Assembly (NCBI GenBank): GCA_964559865.1
Contig: CAZLJD010000021.1
Span: forward strand, 57,999-121,998
Direction: 5' to 3'
Length of the DNA: 64,000 nt
Origin: an uncultured Synergistota bacterium
GTDB taxonomy: Bacteria; Synergistota; JAGHAJ01
A program made the position numbers and the translations under genes. Of the stretch, positions 46,085-57,674 are shown one piece after another. Positions within the stretch are counted from its first letter, which is position 1. Each line of letters opens with the position of its first letter. The notes under the pieces were generated by a model that worked only from the letters and a program-made list of their open reading frames with translations, was not told the DNA's origin and did not search any database.

Positions 46085-47688
46085 CAGTATCCCAAGACAT
46101 TGTGTATCTTTATTGCTAACTCTAACTTCAACACATCTTCCGCATTGTCGAGGTCTATACCCAATATGCTTTCTGCCTTTCTGAGCCTGTAAACAACCGT
46201 GTTGTAGTGCAGAAACATCTTCTTCGAAACGGTAGTAACATTTCTGTTACACTCAAAGAACATGTTCAGTGTATTTATTATCTCTTTACGCCTCTGCGTT
46301 GTACCGTAACTAAGCAACCTACCTAAAACTCTATCCCTGAAGCTCTTTAGTTCATCAAACGAAGCAACCTTGTAAAGTAAACCATAGACACCTACATCGT
46401 CCCTAAAAATTATCTTACTCCTATCCAGCTTGCTTCCAATACAAGCAGTCACATACGCATCCTGATAGCTCTTCCACGCATACCTTAACCCATCTACCGG
46501 CTCCCCAACGGCAACGATAGCACTCTTGTCCACAAACGAGCGTTCAAGATTGCTGATCAAGAACTCTAACATAGGAGAAAGCATCTTCCTAAGGTCTACG
46601 CCCTTATCCTTTTCATTTCCTACATCGACAAGCATCACAAAGAACTCCCCTATTACCGAGAAAAGCGCCTTCCTCTTAAACCTATTAGCCACATCCTTTC
46701 CTATGGAGATAAGCCTGTTCCTGACCCTTAGGATAAACTCTGCATCGTTACCAAGATGCTTATCTTTGAGCAAGAAAACCATAACGGCATACTTATCGTG
46801 CAACGAAAGGCCAAACACTCCAGCCTTCTCCAGCGCAAGAGATACTTTTTCACTATCCCCAGATAGGAGGTCACTCATAAATTCAGATTCGTACTTCAGT
46901 TCCACCTCGCTAATAGCCTGCTCTTTTACAAGCTCCAACGCTATCATCATAGAAGCTATCTCCGCTACTCTAACATCAAGAGGCGTTAACTCCCCGTTCT
47001 TACTGTAAAGGCATATATTACCATAGACATTATCACCAGACGCTATTGGAAAGACATTATACCCTTTCTTCCAGAAGATATCTTCCGTCGGCTCAGAAGG
47101 TAGCCCACTCGGTATCCAATCCTTGGAGAAGAAATATCTTCCATATACCAGATCCCTAACACATATAGGACAACCAACTATCTCAGCAGTTGCATCCATA
47201 ATATCCACTATACTCCCACCAGACAGTACAATGTTCATCAGCTTTTTGTGTGCTTCATCGCTCTTCACAAGTATTGCCATCTGTTTGTTGACTATCATCT
47301 TCATAACTGGTGACATTATGTCAGAGAAAGACAGGTCAAAAGGAATCTCCAAAAGCGGTATGTTGTACCTATCTGCAAACTCTACCATCTCTGGCGGTAT
47401 CTCTGTTAGATATCTCTTAGGTTTTATTCCAATAGCTGCTGCCTTCTTCTCAGCGAGCATGGGAATCAAAGCACACTGCGCCTCTTTATCATCTTTTATG
47501 GAGTATCCAGTCGTAAGCAAGAAATCTCCCGGCCTTATCCAATTGAGGATGTCAGGAACTTCCATAACATTCACATTAGTAACCACATTGGACAAGCCAC
47601 CAAGCCCAGCTACAACCTTTATGTCCTTAAACACATCAAGCTCCAACATATCCTTCACTGTTATTCCTAACTCATTCCTCATTTTCAC
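46084..47688 (-). CDS. PucR-family transcriptional regulator (purine catabolism regulator-like)
   Basis: 534 aa. PucR N-terminal domain. C-terminal HTH_30 (TVSKKMFLHYNTVVYRLRKAESILGIDL). Confidence 0.75.
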   Translation of the reverse strand: MKMRNELGITVKDMLELDVFKDIKVVAGLGGLSNVVTNVNVMEVPDILNWIRPGDFLLTTGYSIKDDKEAQCALIPMLAEKKAAAIGIKPKRYLTEIPPEMVEFADRYNIPLLEIPFDLSFSDIMSPVMKMIVNKQMAILVKSDEAHKKLMNIVLSGGSIVDIMDATAEIVGCPICVRDLVYGRYFFSKDWIPSGLPSEPTEDIFWKKGYNVFPIASGDNVYGNICLYSKNGELTPLDVRVAEIASMMIALELVKEQAISEVELKYESEFMSDLLSGDSEKVSLALEKAGVFGLSLHDKYAVMVFLLKDKHLGNDAEFILRVRNRLISIGKDVANRFKRKALFSVIGEFFVMLVDVGNEKDKGVDLRKMLSPMLEFLISNLERSFVDKSAIVAVGEPVDGLRYAWKSYQDAYVTACIGSKLDRSKIIFRDDVGVYGLLYKVASFDELKSFRDRVLGRLLSYGTTQRRKEIINTLNMFFECNRNVTTVSKKMFLHYNTVVYRLRKAESILGIDLDNAEDVLKLELAIKIHNVLGY

Positions 47689-47818
47689 ACTACCTCAACT
47701 TCAATTTAAATACTTTCTACAAACACTACCCTCTATATATGGAATTATACACATAATACATCAAAACCTTTGTAAAAAATATACAATAGATGGAGAAAAA
47801 TATGTGGTTTATTGTAGA

Positions 47819-48559
47819 TTATTTGTATTTAACCTTCCAGAGGAACAAACCCTTAGCAGGAAACGGAGCATTACCCTTGGTTCTGTCTTTGCTTTCAAGT
47901 ATCTGAGCAAAGTCGTCAACAGATATCTTACCCGTCCCTACATCCACGAGCTTGCTGACTATATTTCTCACCATGTGGTATAAAAAAGTGTCTGCTTCTA
48001 TAAAAAAGCTAACCTCGTCTGCCTCTCTATTCACACCAGCAGCGTAAACAGTACAAAACGGATACTTTCTGCTACTTCCCCCGCCAGAAAAGGCAGTAAA
48101 ATCGTGCTTACCCAAAAGCAATCCAGCAGCCCTACGCATCTTGTCTATAGAAAGGTGTTTGTTGACCAGCACTTTATACAGCCTATCAAAGGGCATGAGC
48201 AACTTGCCTACATGCAAAAAGTAATAATATGTCCTAGAAATGGCATCCCTTCGTGCATCAAAACTAAGAGAGACCTCCTCAATCTTTCTAATTCTTATAT
48301 CTTCGGGCAGTAAGGCATTGAGTGCTCGATATATGTCGGCAGTAGAAAGGTCTGTCTCGGCTTTGAAGTTTGCAACCTGTGCCCACGCATGAACCCCTCT
48401 ATCTGTTCTACCAGCACCTTTCGTAGCAACTTCTCTACCTATAACTCTACCCAAAACTTTCTCAATCGCACCCTGAACGGTAACTTTGTCTGGTTGCTTC
48501 TGCCAACCATAATAAGCCGTCCCATCGTAGGCAATCGTTAGCTTAAAATTCCTCTCCAC
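47819..48559 (-). CDS. truA: tRNA pseudouridine(38-40) synthase
   Basis: 246 aa. Catalytic-Asp region GAGRTDRGVHA. Confidence 0.85.
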   Translation of the reverse strand: MERNFKLTIAYDGTAYYGWQKQPDKVTVQGAIEKVLGRVIGREVATKGAGRTDRGVHAWAQVANFKAETDLSTADIYRALNALLPEDIRIRKIEEVSLSFDARRDAISRTYYYFLHVGKLLMPFDRLYKVLVNKHLSIDKMRRAAGLLLGKHDFTAFSGGGSSRKYPFCTVYAAGVNREADEVSFFIEADTFLYHMVRNIVSKLVDVGTGKISVDDFAQILESKDRTKGNAPFPAKGLFLWKVKYK

Positions 48560-49106
48560 TCACAACAACCCCAATCTTCCTCAGCATTGTTTCACATCTA
48601 TTATCCAAGCACTCCCTCTCCCAAAGCAATCCATCTACCAACTCACCAATCGGATCTTCATATCCGGCAAGGTAAAAGGCGTAATGACTATGCAGACACT
48701 TCACCTTTCGCATATCCCGCATCACCCCTCCTACCCCGCTGAACGCAATAACCCTAAGAAAATTCATTGGAATAAAGAGCTTAGAAATCCCACTAAAACT
48801 AATAAAGTACCTGAACCTCAATGAAGCATACAACCGGTGAGCTCGCAAAAGCCTATCTTCCCTTATCTTGACCTCATTTTTCAAGCTATCTTCAAGCTCT
48901 CCGACCTTCCTAACCAGATACGGGCATGTAAGCCAATAAAGGGTTGGAAATGGTACCCCTTTCAATAGAGGAAAGTTCTTTATAACAACAGGATAACCCC
49001 ACTTGCACCTCCGAACAACTTCAAGACCATATAAATCCACATCCCTATTAAGCTGAAGAGAAAGAACGAGTTCATCTCCGTCTGTCTCTTCTCTTCTTGC
49101 CAGCAT
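48543..49106 (-). CDS. Conserved hypothetical protein (Cys/His-rich; possibly DUF501-like)
   Basis: 187 aa. CxWGYP...CPYL...CLHSHYAFYLAG motifs. Family assignment uncertain. Confidence 0.4.
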   Translation of the reverse strand: MLARREETDGDELVLSLQLNRDVDLYGLEVVRRCKWGYPVVIKNFPLLKGVPFPTLYWLTCPYLVRKVGELEDSLKNEVKIREDRLLRAHRLYASLRFRYFISFSGISKLFIPMNFLRVIAFSGVGGVMRDMRKVKCLHSHYAFYLAGYEDPIGELVDGLLWERECLDNRCETMLRKIGVVVSGEEF

Positions 49107-49419
49107 CTCTCTTTTTATTTATCGTTGTTATCCTCTCCTCGCTTTCCTTCATGTATTTGGCAAGTTTATCCTCAAAAGAGATTTCGTCCTGCATAGACTT
49201 TAAGGACAAATCTATCCTACCCCTCTCATCAACCTTTACCACCTTAGCCCTTACCCTATCCCCCTCATGCAAATAATCTTCAACCTTCTTGACATACTTA
49301 TTAGATATCTCAGAGATGTGTATGAGTCCCTTCTGCCCTTCCCCCAGATCCACGAACGCACCGTAATTCGTAACCTTAACTACAACACCTTCAACAACAT
49401 CCCCAACCTTAAAAGCCAT
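49072..49419 (-). CDS. S1 RNA-binding domain protein (YabR/Gsp13-like) with basic C-terminal tail
   Basis: 115 aa. S1 fold VGDVVEGVVVKVTNYGAFVDLGEGQKGLIHISEIS. Confidence 0.75.
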   Translation of the reverse strand: MAFKVGDVVEGVVVKVTNYGAFVDLGEGQKGLIHISEISNKYVKKVEDYLHEGDRVRAKVVKVDERGRIDLSLKSMQDEISFEDKLAKYMKESEERITTINKKRDAGKKRRDRRR

Positions 49420-49442
49420 TACACAAACCCCTTTACTATAGT

Positions 49443-50012
49443 TTACTTGATGACCTTTGAGAGGTCCATCCTCGTTCCGTACTTACCATAAAATATGTAG
49501 AAAGGATCCTTTATCAATAGCCTACTCTTTGGTACTGTAAAGTATCCATAGACTTCATCACCAGTCATAAATGTAGCAGGAGCAAAAAACTCCTTCTTGC
49601 CAATGATATCACTTAACTTCAAGTTGTACTCCGCCTGCCCTTGCACAAATTTTATCAACCTTGGATCAAATGGACCACTCCTATTAACGATGAGCATGGC
49701 ACAAAAGAGATACCTTTTCCCTATACCGTTGAAAAGATAGTCCTCCCCCTCTTTCAGATAATTTGGTAAAAGCGCTTTGTTTCTTCCTAATCTCTTGTAA
49801 AAACTCTTACCAGTATAAGTAAATATAACCTTGAAACGATAATCCACTACAACTTTACCCAGATTCACCCCCCCAATGTAAAGCACCGTACTGTAAGCTT
49901 TCACCAGGTCTTCCAAACCCGCTACCGCCACACTACCAAGCCCAAAAGTCAAGACTACCAGCAGCAGTAAACTTGCTATCCACCTAAGCATCTTCTCCTC
50001 CTTCAGTCGCAA
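49443..50012 (-). CDS. Secreted hypothetical protein (signal peptide)
   Basis: 189 aa. The N-terminal hydrophobic h-region LLLLVVLTFGLGSVAVAG follows basic residues. Confidence 0.5.
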   Translation of the reverse strand: MRLKEEKMLRWIASLLLLVVLTFGLGSVAVAGLEDLVKAYSTVLYIGGVNLGKVVVDYRFKVIFTYTGKSFYKRLGRNKALLPNYLKEGEDYLFNGIGKRYLFCAMLIVNRSGPFDPRLIKFVQGQAEYNLKLSDIIGKKEFFAPATFMTGDEVYGYFTVPKSRLLIKDPFYIFYGKYGTRMDLSKVIK

Positions 50013-50691
50013 ACTTCACAGATGCCCTTGCAAGCACTTCAAGGGTATCTATCAAAGGTATTCCAACATCAACTCCCTCCATCGCTATAGGAATTTCCGT
50101 ACACCCTTCTATAATAACTTTACACCCAGCAGAGGCAAGAGATTCAGAAACGCCGATCAAAATCTCCCTCGCGTAAGAAACATTGCCAGCCTTTACACCA
50201 TCATATATGGCACTCATTACCCTCCTTTGTTCAACAGCCGGAGGTTTAACCAACTCAAAGTATTTGCCCACAACTTTGTCATAAACACCTGCTTGGAGAG
50301 TGCCATCGGTAGCAAGGATACCAACTTTGCTACCAAGCACAAAGCTACTTTTGAGTTCAAACAAAGTCTCCTCCATCATACTTAAGAACGGAACGGGCAG
50401 GTTCTTTCTCAATTCGTCTATATAGTAGTGTGCCGTATTACATGGCATAACGAGAAAGTCTGCCCCCATCTGCACAAGTTTCCTACCCATCGAAATTAGC
50501 ATTTCAAGAGGCGATACTCCGCCATGAAGTATTGCATCAGTTCTATCCGGTACAGAGGGGTCGTTATCTATCAATATGTGCAAGTGGTCTTGATCTACTT
50601 CAGCCGGTGTATTCCTCACGATCTTCAAAAACAAATAAGCAGTTGCCTCCGGCCCCATGCCTCCAATTACACCCACAGTCTTCCTCGCCAT
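49984..50691 (-). CDS. Aspartate/glutamate/hydantoin racemase-family protein (Asp-racemase-like)
   Basis: 235 aa. GVIGGMGPEAT and a C-terminal Cys-containing repeat typical of Asp/Glu racemases. Confidence 0.7.
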   Translation of the reverse strand: MARKTVGVIGGMGPEATAYLFLKIVRNTPAEVDQDHLHILIDNDPSVPDRTDAILHGGVSPLEMLISMGRKLVQMGADFLVMPCNTAHYYIDELRKNLPVPFLSMMEETLFELKSSFVLGSKVGILATDGTLQAGVYDKVVGKYFELVKPPAVEQRRVMSAIYDGVKAGNVSYAREILIGVSESLASAGCKVIIEGCTEIPIAMEGVDVGIPLIDTLEVLARASVKFATEGGEDA

Positions 50692-51180
50692 GGTTAAATT
50701 ATATAGCCTCTATGGAAAATGTCAAGACAACACAATCTATTCCGGCAGAGAGGTATAAAACATTCATTATTTGGGACAAAGTAAAAGGGGCAAATACACC
50801 CATAAAAATATGAAATACTACAACTTGGAATAAATACATAATGAAGGAGATATCATTAAATGAACAAACTTACTCAATCATACTACGAATCTAGAAATCT
50901 TCACCAAGAGAAGCAGGAAAAGCCGCGAGTAAAACCCTCACACAAAACAACAGTAGTGTACTTAAGGTATGTACAGAGTGTATGATGGAACAGAGTTTTT
51001 TCGGCACAAAAAATTAAGGAAGTCCTTGACAGGTTGATAAGCAAGAATGTTGTGAACTTCCCTGTAATAATGATGAAAAGCTTGATAAAACCTACACGCT
51101 CAATTCTTGGGAAATTAGGTAAGTATAAACGTCTCAACTATGCTCCAAAAGTGGCAAATACCCATCTATTAAGTGTCATA

Positions 51181-51205
51181 AGCCCCCAGCCTTCTGCTGG
51201 GGGCT
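51181..51205. terminator. GC-rich perfect hairpin immediately downstream of groEL. Likely the groESL terminator.
   Basis: AGCCCCCAGC-CTTCT-GCTGGGGGCT, a 10-bp stem, lies 20 nt past the groEL stop. Flanking U-runs are modest on both strands. Confidence 0.5.
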
Positions 51206-51225
51206 TAATCTTAAAATCCTCTAAG

Positions 51226-52869
<1,644 letters not shown>

Positions 52870-53157
52870 CTATTTAAGAATAGCAAGTATATCCCTTTCG
52901 CTCAGAATGAGGTACTCCTCATCCTCTAACTTTACCTCTGTGCCTGCATACTTAGAGTATATAACCTTATCCCCAACAGAGACCTCCAACGCAACCTTCT
53001 GCCCATTATCAAGCACCCTACCAGAACCAACTGCTATAACCTCTCCCTGCTGAGGTTTCTCTTTGGCAGTATCAGGAAGCACTATACCTCCCTTTGTCTT
53101 CTGTTCCTCCTTGATAGGTTTTACAACAACCCTGTCACCAAGCGGCTTCAACTCCAT
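52870..53157 (-). CDS. groES: Co-chaperonin GroES (Hsp10)
   Basis: 95 aa. [14 protein letters not shown]... Confidence 0.95.
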   Translation of the reverse strand: MELKPLGDRVVVKPIKEEQKTKGGIVLPDTAKEKPQQGEVIAVGSGRVLDNGQKVALEVSVGDKVIYSKYAGTEVKLEDEEYLILSERDILAILK

Positions 53158-53189
53158 TCCCTATCCCTCCTTTATCTCCTTTTATATTG

Positions 53190-53216
53190 TTAGCACTCAC
53201 TATTATTGAGTGCTAA
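53190..53216. promoter_or_regulatory. CIRCE operator (HrcA binding site) upstream of groES
   Basis: TTAGCACTC-N9-GAGTGCTAA matches the CIRCE consensus exactly. An additional AGCACTC arm follows at 53219-53225. Confidence 0.85.
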
Positions 53217-53332
53217 CAGCACTCAATATATTATCCACCAAGTCCAATATAATCAAATCAAAATAAATGGGATTAAAATAAATCAAAGAGGTTTATACTG
53301 TATTTTGGTGGTAAAAACGCAGTTTATTTTAC

Positions 53333-54322
53333 CTATTCTACCAATTTAAGGCTGGGGTTACCTTCTATACTTAGATCAGAAAATTCGCCCCTCAAGAACC
53401 TATAGTAGCCCGCCTCTGCTATCATAGCACCGTTGTCCGTACAGTAGGAAAATGAAGGAAAGTACCCTTCTATGCCTTCCTCCTTTATTCTGTGTCTCAA
53501 GGCAGTATTTGCAGATACACCTCCCACTATGGCCACCTTCCTTATACCCGTCTCTTCCATAGCTTCTTTTACGCGCATAACAAGAAAGTCCACAACCGTC
53601 TTCTGGAAGCTTGCCACCACATCTTCGACCCGGTAATCCCTATCTCTCGTATAGTAGTAAACAGCACTCTTTATACCACTAAAGCTGAAATCCAATGTCT
53701 TCCCCTTAAACATTGGTATAGAAAGCTTGATGGCAAAAGGGTCCCCATTTCTTGCCATCTTATCTATGATAGGTCCCCCCGGGTAACCTAACCCAAGAAG
53801 TTTCGCCACCTTATCATAGGCCTCCCCAACAGCATCATCTCTGGTACTACCCAGAAGCTCATATACGCCGATATCCTTGACGACTACAAGTTCAGTGTGC
53901 CCACCAGATACTATCAGTGAAATGAACGGAAACCTGAGCTCCGGAAAGCTCAGAAACACGGAGAAAATGTGCCCTTCAAGGTGATTTATACCTATAAGCG
54001 GGATCTCCTTCATGTATGCAATCCCCTTTGCAACTGTAAGCCCCACAAGGAGCGAACCTATCAATCCCGGCCCATAGGTCACAGCAATCGCATCAAGCTC
54101 CTCCAACTCCACCTCTGCCCTATTGAGGGCCTCATCTATCAACTGAATGATAACCTCTACATGCTTCCGTGAGGCTATCTCCGGCACAACTCCACCAAAA
54201 GGCCTGTGAAATTCCACCTGAGAAGAGATAAGGTTTACCAATACATCACTCCTACCACGAAGTATCGCAACACCAGTATCATCACAGGAGGTATCTATCC
54301 CCATTATCAAAGGTTCTCTCAT
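53333..54322 (-). CDS. tsaD: tRNA N6-adenosine threonylcarbamoyltransferase
   Basis: 329 aa. MGIDTSCDDTGVAIL N-terminus and Kae1/TsaD HxxH metal site. Confidence 0.9.
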   Translation of the reverse strand: MREPLIMGIDTSCDDTGVAILRGRSDVLVNLISSQVEFHRPFGGVVPEIASRKHVEVIIQLIDEALNRAEVELEELDAIAVTYGPGLIGSLLVGLTVAKGIAYMKEIPLIGINHLEGHIFSVFLSFPELRFPFISLIVSGGHTELVVVKDIGVYELLGSTRDDAVGEAYDKVAKLLGLGYPGGPIIDKMARNGDPFAIKLSIPMFKGKTLDFSFSGIKSAVYYYTRDRDYRVEDVVASFQKTVVDFLVMRVKEAMEETGIRKVAIVGGVSANTALRHRIKEEGIEGYFPSFSYCTDNGAMIAEAGYYRFLRGEFSDLSIEGNPSLKLVE

Positions 54323-55992
54323 CTCTGCCTACCCATCCTCACAAGCTCCCTTGCGTGTTCAACCACTTTACGGGTTACATCTCTACCACCGAGCATACGG
54401 GATATCTCCTTGACTCTCTCGTCTTCACCCTCCAAAAGCCGAATATCAACAAATGTGCCCTCCTTACCTTCACGCTTAACAACCGTGTAGTGCCTATCTG
54501 CAATGGCAGCAAGCTTGGGATGGTGAGTGATCATAATAACCTGCCGATAATTACCTATATCCCTCACCCTGTCAGCCACGGCCGACACAGCTGTCCCACC
54601 TATTCCAACATCTATCTCGTCAAACACCAACGTAGGTATATCATACACCTCAGCAAGCACGGACTTGATTGCAAGCATAATCCTCGAGAGCTCACCACCA
54701 GAAGCAACCTTAGACACCGGCAAGAGCTCCTGTCCAACGTTGGTAGAAACAACAAAATCCACCCTATCCATACCCATTCTGCCAAGTTGAACGGGAAGAA
54801 CCTCCACTCTGAATGTAGCTTTCTCCATTGCAAGTGAACGAATTGCATCCTCAATCGCAACAGAAAGCCTACCTGCACACTCCCTTCTTACCTCAGAAAT
54901 CTTCAATGCCTCCTCTTCCAACCACCTACCCAGTTCCTTCAACCTTCCTAAAAGCTCACCATAATCAGCTGTGAGGCTTGAAATCTCCTCTAACCGCTTT
55001 TTCACACTATCTCTGTACTCTATCAACCCTTCTACATCAACCTGGTTATACCGCTTCTTAAGTAATTCCACCCTATCAAGGAGGTCTCCTATTTCTTGCA
55101 ACCTCTCGTCATCCAGATACAAACTGTCATGGTAAGAAACTATGTCATCTGCAAGCTCCTTAACCTCTATCAGTAGGCCCTCTACCCTGCTTACCATCTC
55201 CTCTATCTTCTTATCCAGCACACTCACCTCAGACAACATCCTCTTCACAGAATACAATCCCTCCACTACTCCCGCTTCTTTCTCATCACCCAACAGCAGG
55301 GAATTTACCAGAGAGAGCCTCTCCCTTATATCGGCTATGTTTTCAAGTTTCACAAATTCTGATCTCAGGTCCTCCTCATCTATACCGTCCAACGGCAAGG
55401 CTGACAGCTCCCTCAACTGGTACTCGTACATCTCAAGCTCATCTCTGATCCTCCGCTCATTGCTCTGCAACTCCTCAATCTTCTTCTTCATTTGAACATA
55501 CTCACCGTATCTATCTGTAAACTCCTTCACCCTGTTAGATATACCAGCATACCTGTCCAGTAGATAAAGATATTCCACAGGTTTCAACAATACCTGCACA
55601 GAAAACTGACTGTGAACATCCACCAACAGAGGTAACAGTTCTCTAAGTACAGACAAAGGGGCTGCCCTCCCCTGAATGTACGCCTTGCTTCTCCCTCCCG
55701 CATACAATTCCCGTCTAAGTATGAGTTCCTCATCGTAATCCAAGGAAAATCTGTCTCTTAAAGCCTTCACCTCATCTGCGTTAGGCAGAAAAGTTGCCTC
55801 CACTACCAGCCTATCCTCTCCACCCCTTATCAGATCGTAATCCGCTTTCTTCCCAGAAAGCAAGTTAATAGCCTCTACTATAATTGACTTACCTGCACCA
55901 GTTTCGCCCGTAAGCACATTAAGACCCCTTGCAAACTCAAGCTCTACATACTTTATAACTGCAAGGTTCTCAACCCTCAGAGATAGTAACAC
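54319..55992 (-). CDS. recN: DNA repair protein RecN
   Basis: 557 aa. N-terminal Walker A LTGETGAGKSII, long coiled-coil and C-terminal signature region. Confidence 0.9.
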   Translation of the reverse strand: MLLSLRVENLAVIKYVELEFARGLNVLTGETGAGKSIIVEAINLLSGKKADYDLIRGGEDRLVVEATFLPNADEVKALRDRFSLDYDEELILRRELYAGGRSKAYIQGRAAPLSVLRELLPLLVDVHSQFSVQVLLKPVEYLYLLDRYAGISNRVKEFTDRYGEYVQMKKKIEELQSNERRIRDELEMYEYQLRELSALPLDGIDEEDLRSEFVKLENIADIRERLSLVNSLLLGDEKEAGVVEGLYSVKRMLSEVSVLDKKIEEMVSRVEGLLIEVKELADDIVSYHDSLYLDDERLQEIGDLLDRVELLKKRYNQVDVEGLIEYRDSVKKRLEEISSLTADYGELLGRLKELGRWLEEEALKISEVRRECAGRLSVAIEDAIRSLAMEKATFRVEVLPVQLGRMGMDRVDFVVSTNVGQELLPVSKVASGGELSRIMLAIKSVLAEVYDIPTLVFDEIDVGIGGTAVSAVADRVRDIGNYRQVIMITHHPKLAAIADRHYTVVKREGKEGTFVDIRLLEGEDERVKEISRMLGGRDVTRKVVEHARELVRMGRQR

Positions 55993-56011
55993 ACCAACCT
56001 CCTCCCATTAC

Positions 56012-56899
56012 TCACGGAAATCTATGCCTCGGGAACATACCCCAGCCAAGCTTCTTTCTTAAGATGTCAAAGTAGCTCCTTCCCTTAAAACTTACTATTT
56101 TAACATTAAAAGAAGCTCTAAATATCTCAATTACATCACCTGGCACAATGTTTAACCCTTCCTGACCATCCTGGGTAAGCATAAGATCTTCATGATCAGA
56201 CTTAACCTCGACATACAACCTTCTATCAGATGATAGCACCAACGACCTCGAATAAAGAGTGTGAGCACATATAGGAGTTACAACTATGGCGTTCACACTT
56301 GGGCTCACGATCGGACCACCTGCTGAAAGTGAGTATGCGGTAGAACCAGTCGGAGTAGACACTATCACTCCATCAGCTGGATAAGAGACAAGAAACTTAT
56401 CGTCCACATAAAGGTCTATGTGTATAATTCTTGCAAATGCTCCCTTCATCACAACAAGGTCGTTAAGGGCAAAGACTTTTCTGTACAACTTGCCATCTCT
56501 TATAATGCGTGCCTGAAGTATAACCCTCTCGTCCAGTATATATTCATCTCTCCACACTGCAGTCAGAGCAGACTCAAGTGTTGGCAAGCTCTCACTAACC
56601 AGAAAACCAAGTCTCCCTATATTAACACCAAGTATAGGTATGCCGTGCGGTGCGAGATATCTCGCTGCCCTCAGAAATGTGCCGTCACCCCCAAGCACCA
56701 CAGCAACATCTATCGAGGCTGGAAATCTGTCATACCCTATGGTATTCTTCTCAAGAAGGCTGCCTTCCTTTGGAGGAAAACAGACTATTTGATCTCTCTC
56801 CTCAAGCCACTGAGCAACCTTCTTTGCAAACTTCACCGCACCTTTTTTCTCTTCGTTAAAGAGTATCCCCCATCTCTTCGTGTTACCCAAACCGTTCAT
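56012..56899 (-). CDS. nadK: NAD kinase
   Basis: GGDGT-type motif (VVLGGDGTFL), NDLVV and DGVIVSTPTGSTAYSLSAGGPIV. The start is probably the internal Met (MNGLGN...) rather than the ORF-track start at 56965. Confidence 0.8.
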   Translation of the reverse strand: MNGLGNTKRWGILFNEEKKGAVKFAKKVAQWLEERDQIVCFPPKEGSLLEKNTIGYDRFPASIDVAVVLGGDGTFLRAARYLAPHGIPILGVNIGRLGFLVSESLPTLESALTAVWRDEYILDERVILQARIIRDGKLYRKVFALNDLVVMKGAFARIIHIDLYVDDKFLVSYPADGVIVSTPTGSTAYSLSAGGPIVSPSVNAIVVTPICAHTLYSRSLVLSSDRRLYVEVKSDHEDLMLTQDGQEGLNIVPGDVIEIFRASFNVKIVSFKGRSYFDILRKKLGWGMFPRHRFP

Positions 56900-57674
56900 G
56901 TGCCTCCTTAACCACGCCATATACAACCTCATCTGCCACACTCTCACCATACCCAAAGAGGCCAAAAAACTCTATGTTTCCCTTCGCCCCCTTTATAGGT
57001 GAATAACACACACCTGTCATCGAAAACGGCAACTCTCTCTCCGCAAAGTCCCTGATGTCCACCAAAACCCCAAAGTGCAGTGCAGGGTCTCTCACTACGC
57101 CTCTGCCAACATACTCCCTTCCAACCTCAAACTGGGGCTTTATAAGAACGATTATTTTGAAGTCAATAGACACTAAAGAAGATATAACGGGTAAAACCTT
57201 CTTCACAGATATAAACGACAGGTCCATCGTAACGACATCTACCGCCTCTTTAATGTCCTCCTTGGAGAGGTATCTGGCGTTTTTTCTCTCTATCACCACC
57301 ACTCTTGGATCCGTTCTCAACTTCCAAGCTATCTGGCCATACCCCACATCAACAGCGTAAACCTTTGCTGCCCCCTTCTGGAGCATACAATCGGTAAATC
57401 CACCCGTAGAGGCACCCACATCAAGTGCAACCTTTCCTTTCACATCTACACCAAACACATCAACAGCATGCTCTAATTTGATTCCCCCTCTACTAACATA
57501 AGGCATATCCGCCTTAACTATCACATGGGCGTCTTCGCTGACCCTAAAGGAAGGCTTATCAACCAAGTTACCATCTACTCTAACTTTGCCTTCCAAAACT
57601 GCCCTTTGAGCACGCTCCCTGGAGGGAAAGTATCCACCTTCAACCAGTAGCTTGTCTATACGAACTTTCGCCAA
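56883..57674 (-). CDS. tlyA: TlyA-family rRNA 2'-O-methyltransferase (S4 domain plus FtsJ-like MTase)
   Basis: Likely start TTG at 57674 (GGAGGGGG SD 5 nt upstream), giving MAKVRIDKLLVEGGYF. GASTGGFT SAM motif. Confidence 0.75.
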   Translation of the reverse strand: MAKVRIDKLLVEGGYFPSRERAQRAVLEGKVRVDGNLVDKPSFRVSEDAHVIVKADMPYVSRGGIKLEHAVDVFGVDVKGKVALDVGASTGGFTDCMLQKGAAKVYAVDVGYGQIAWKLRTDPRVVVIERKNARYLSKEDIKEAVDVVTMDLSFISVKKVLPVISSLVSIDFKIIVLIKPQFEVGREYVGRGVVRDPALHFGVLVDIRDFAERELPFSMTGVCYSPIKGAKGNIEFFGLFGYGESVADEVVYGVVKEAHERFG

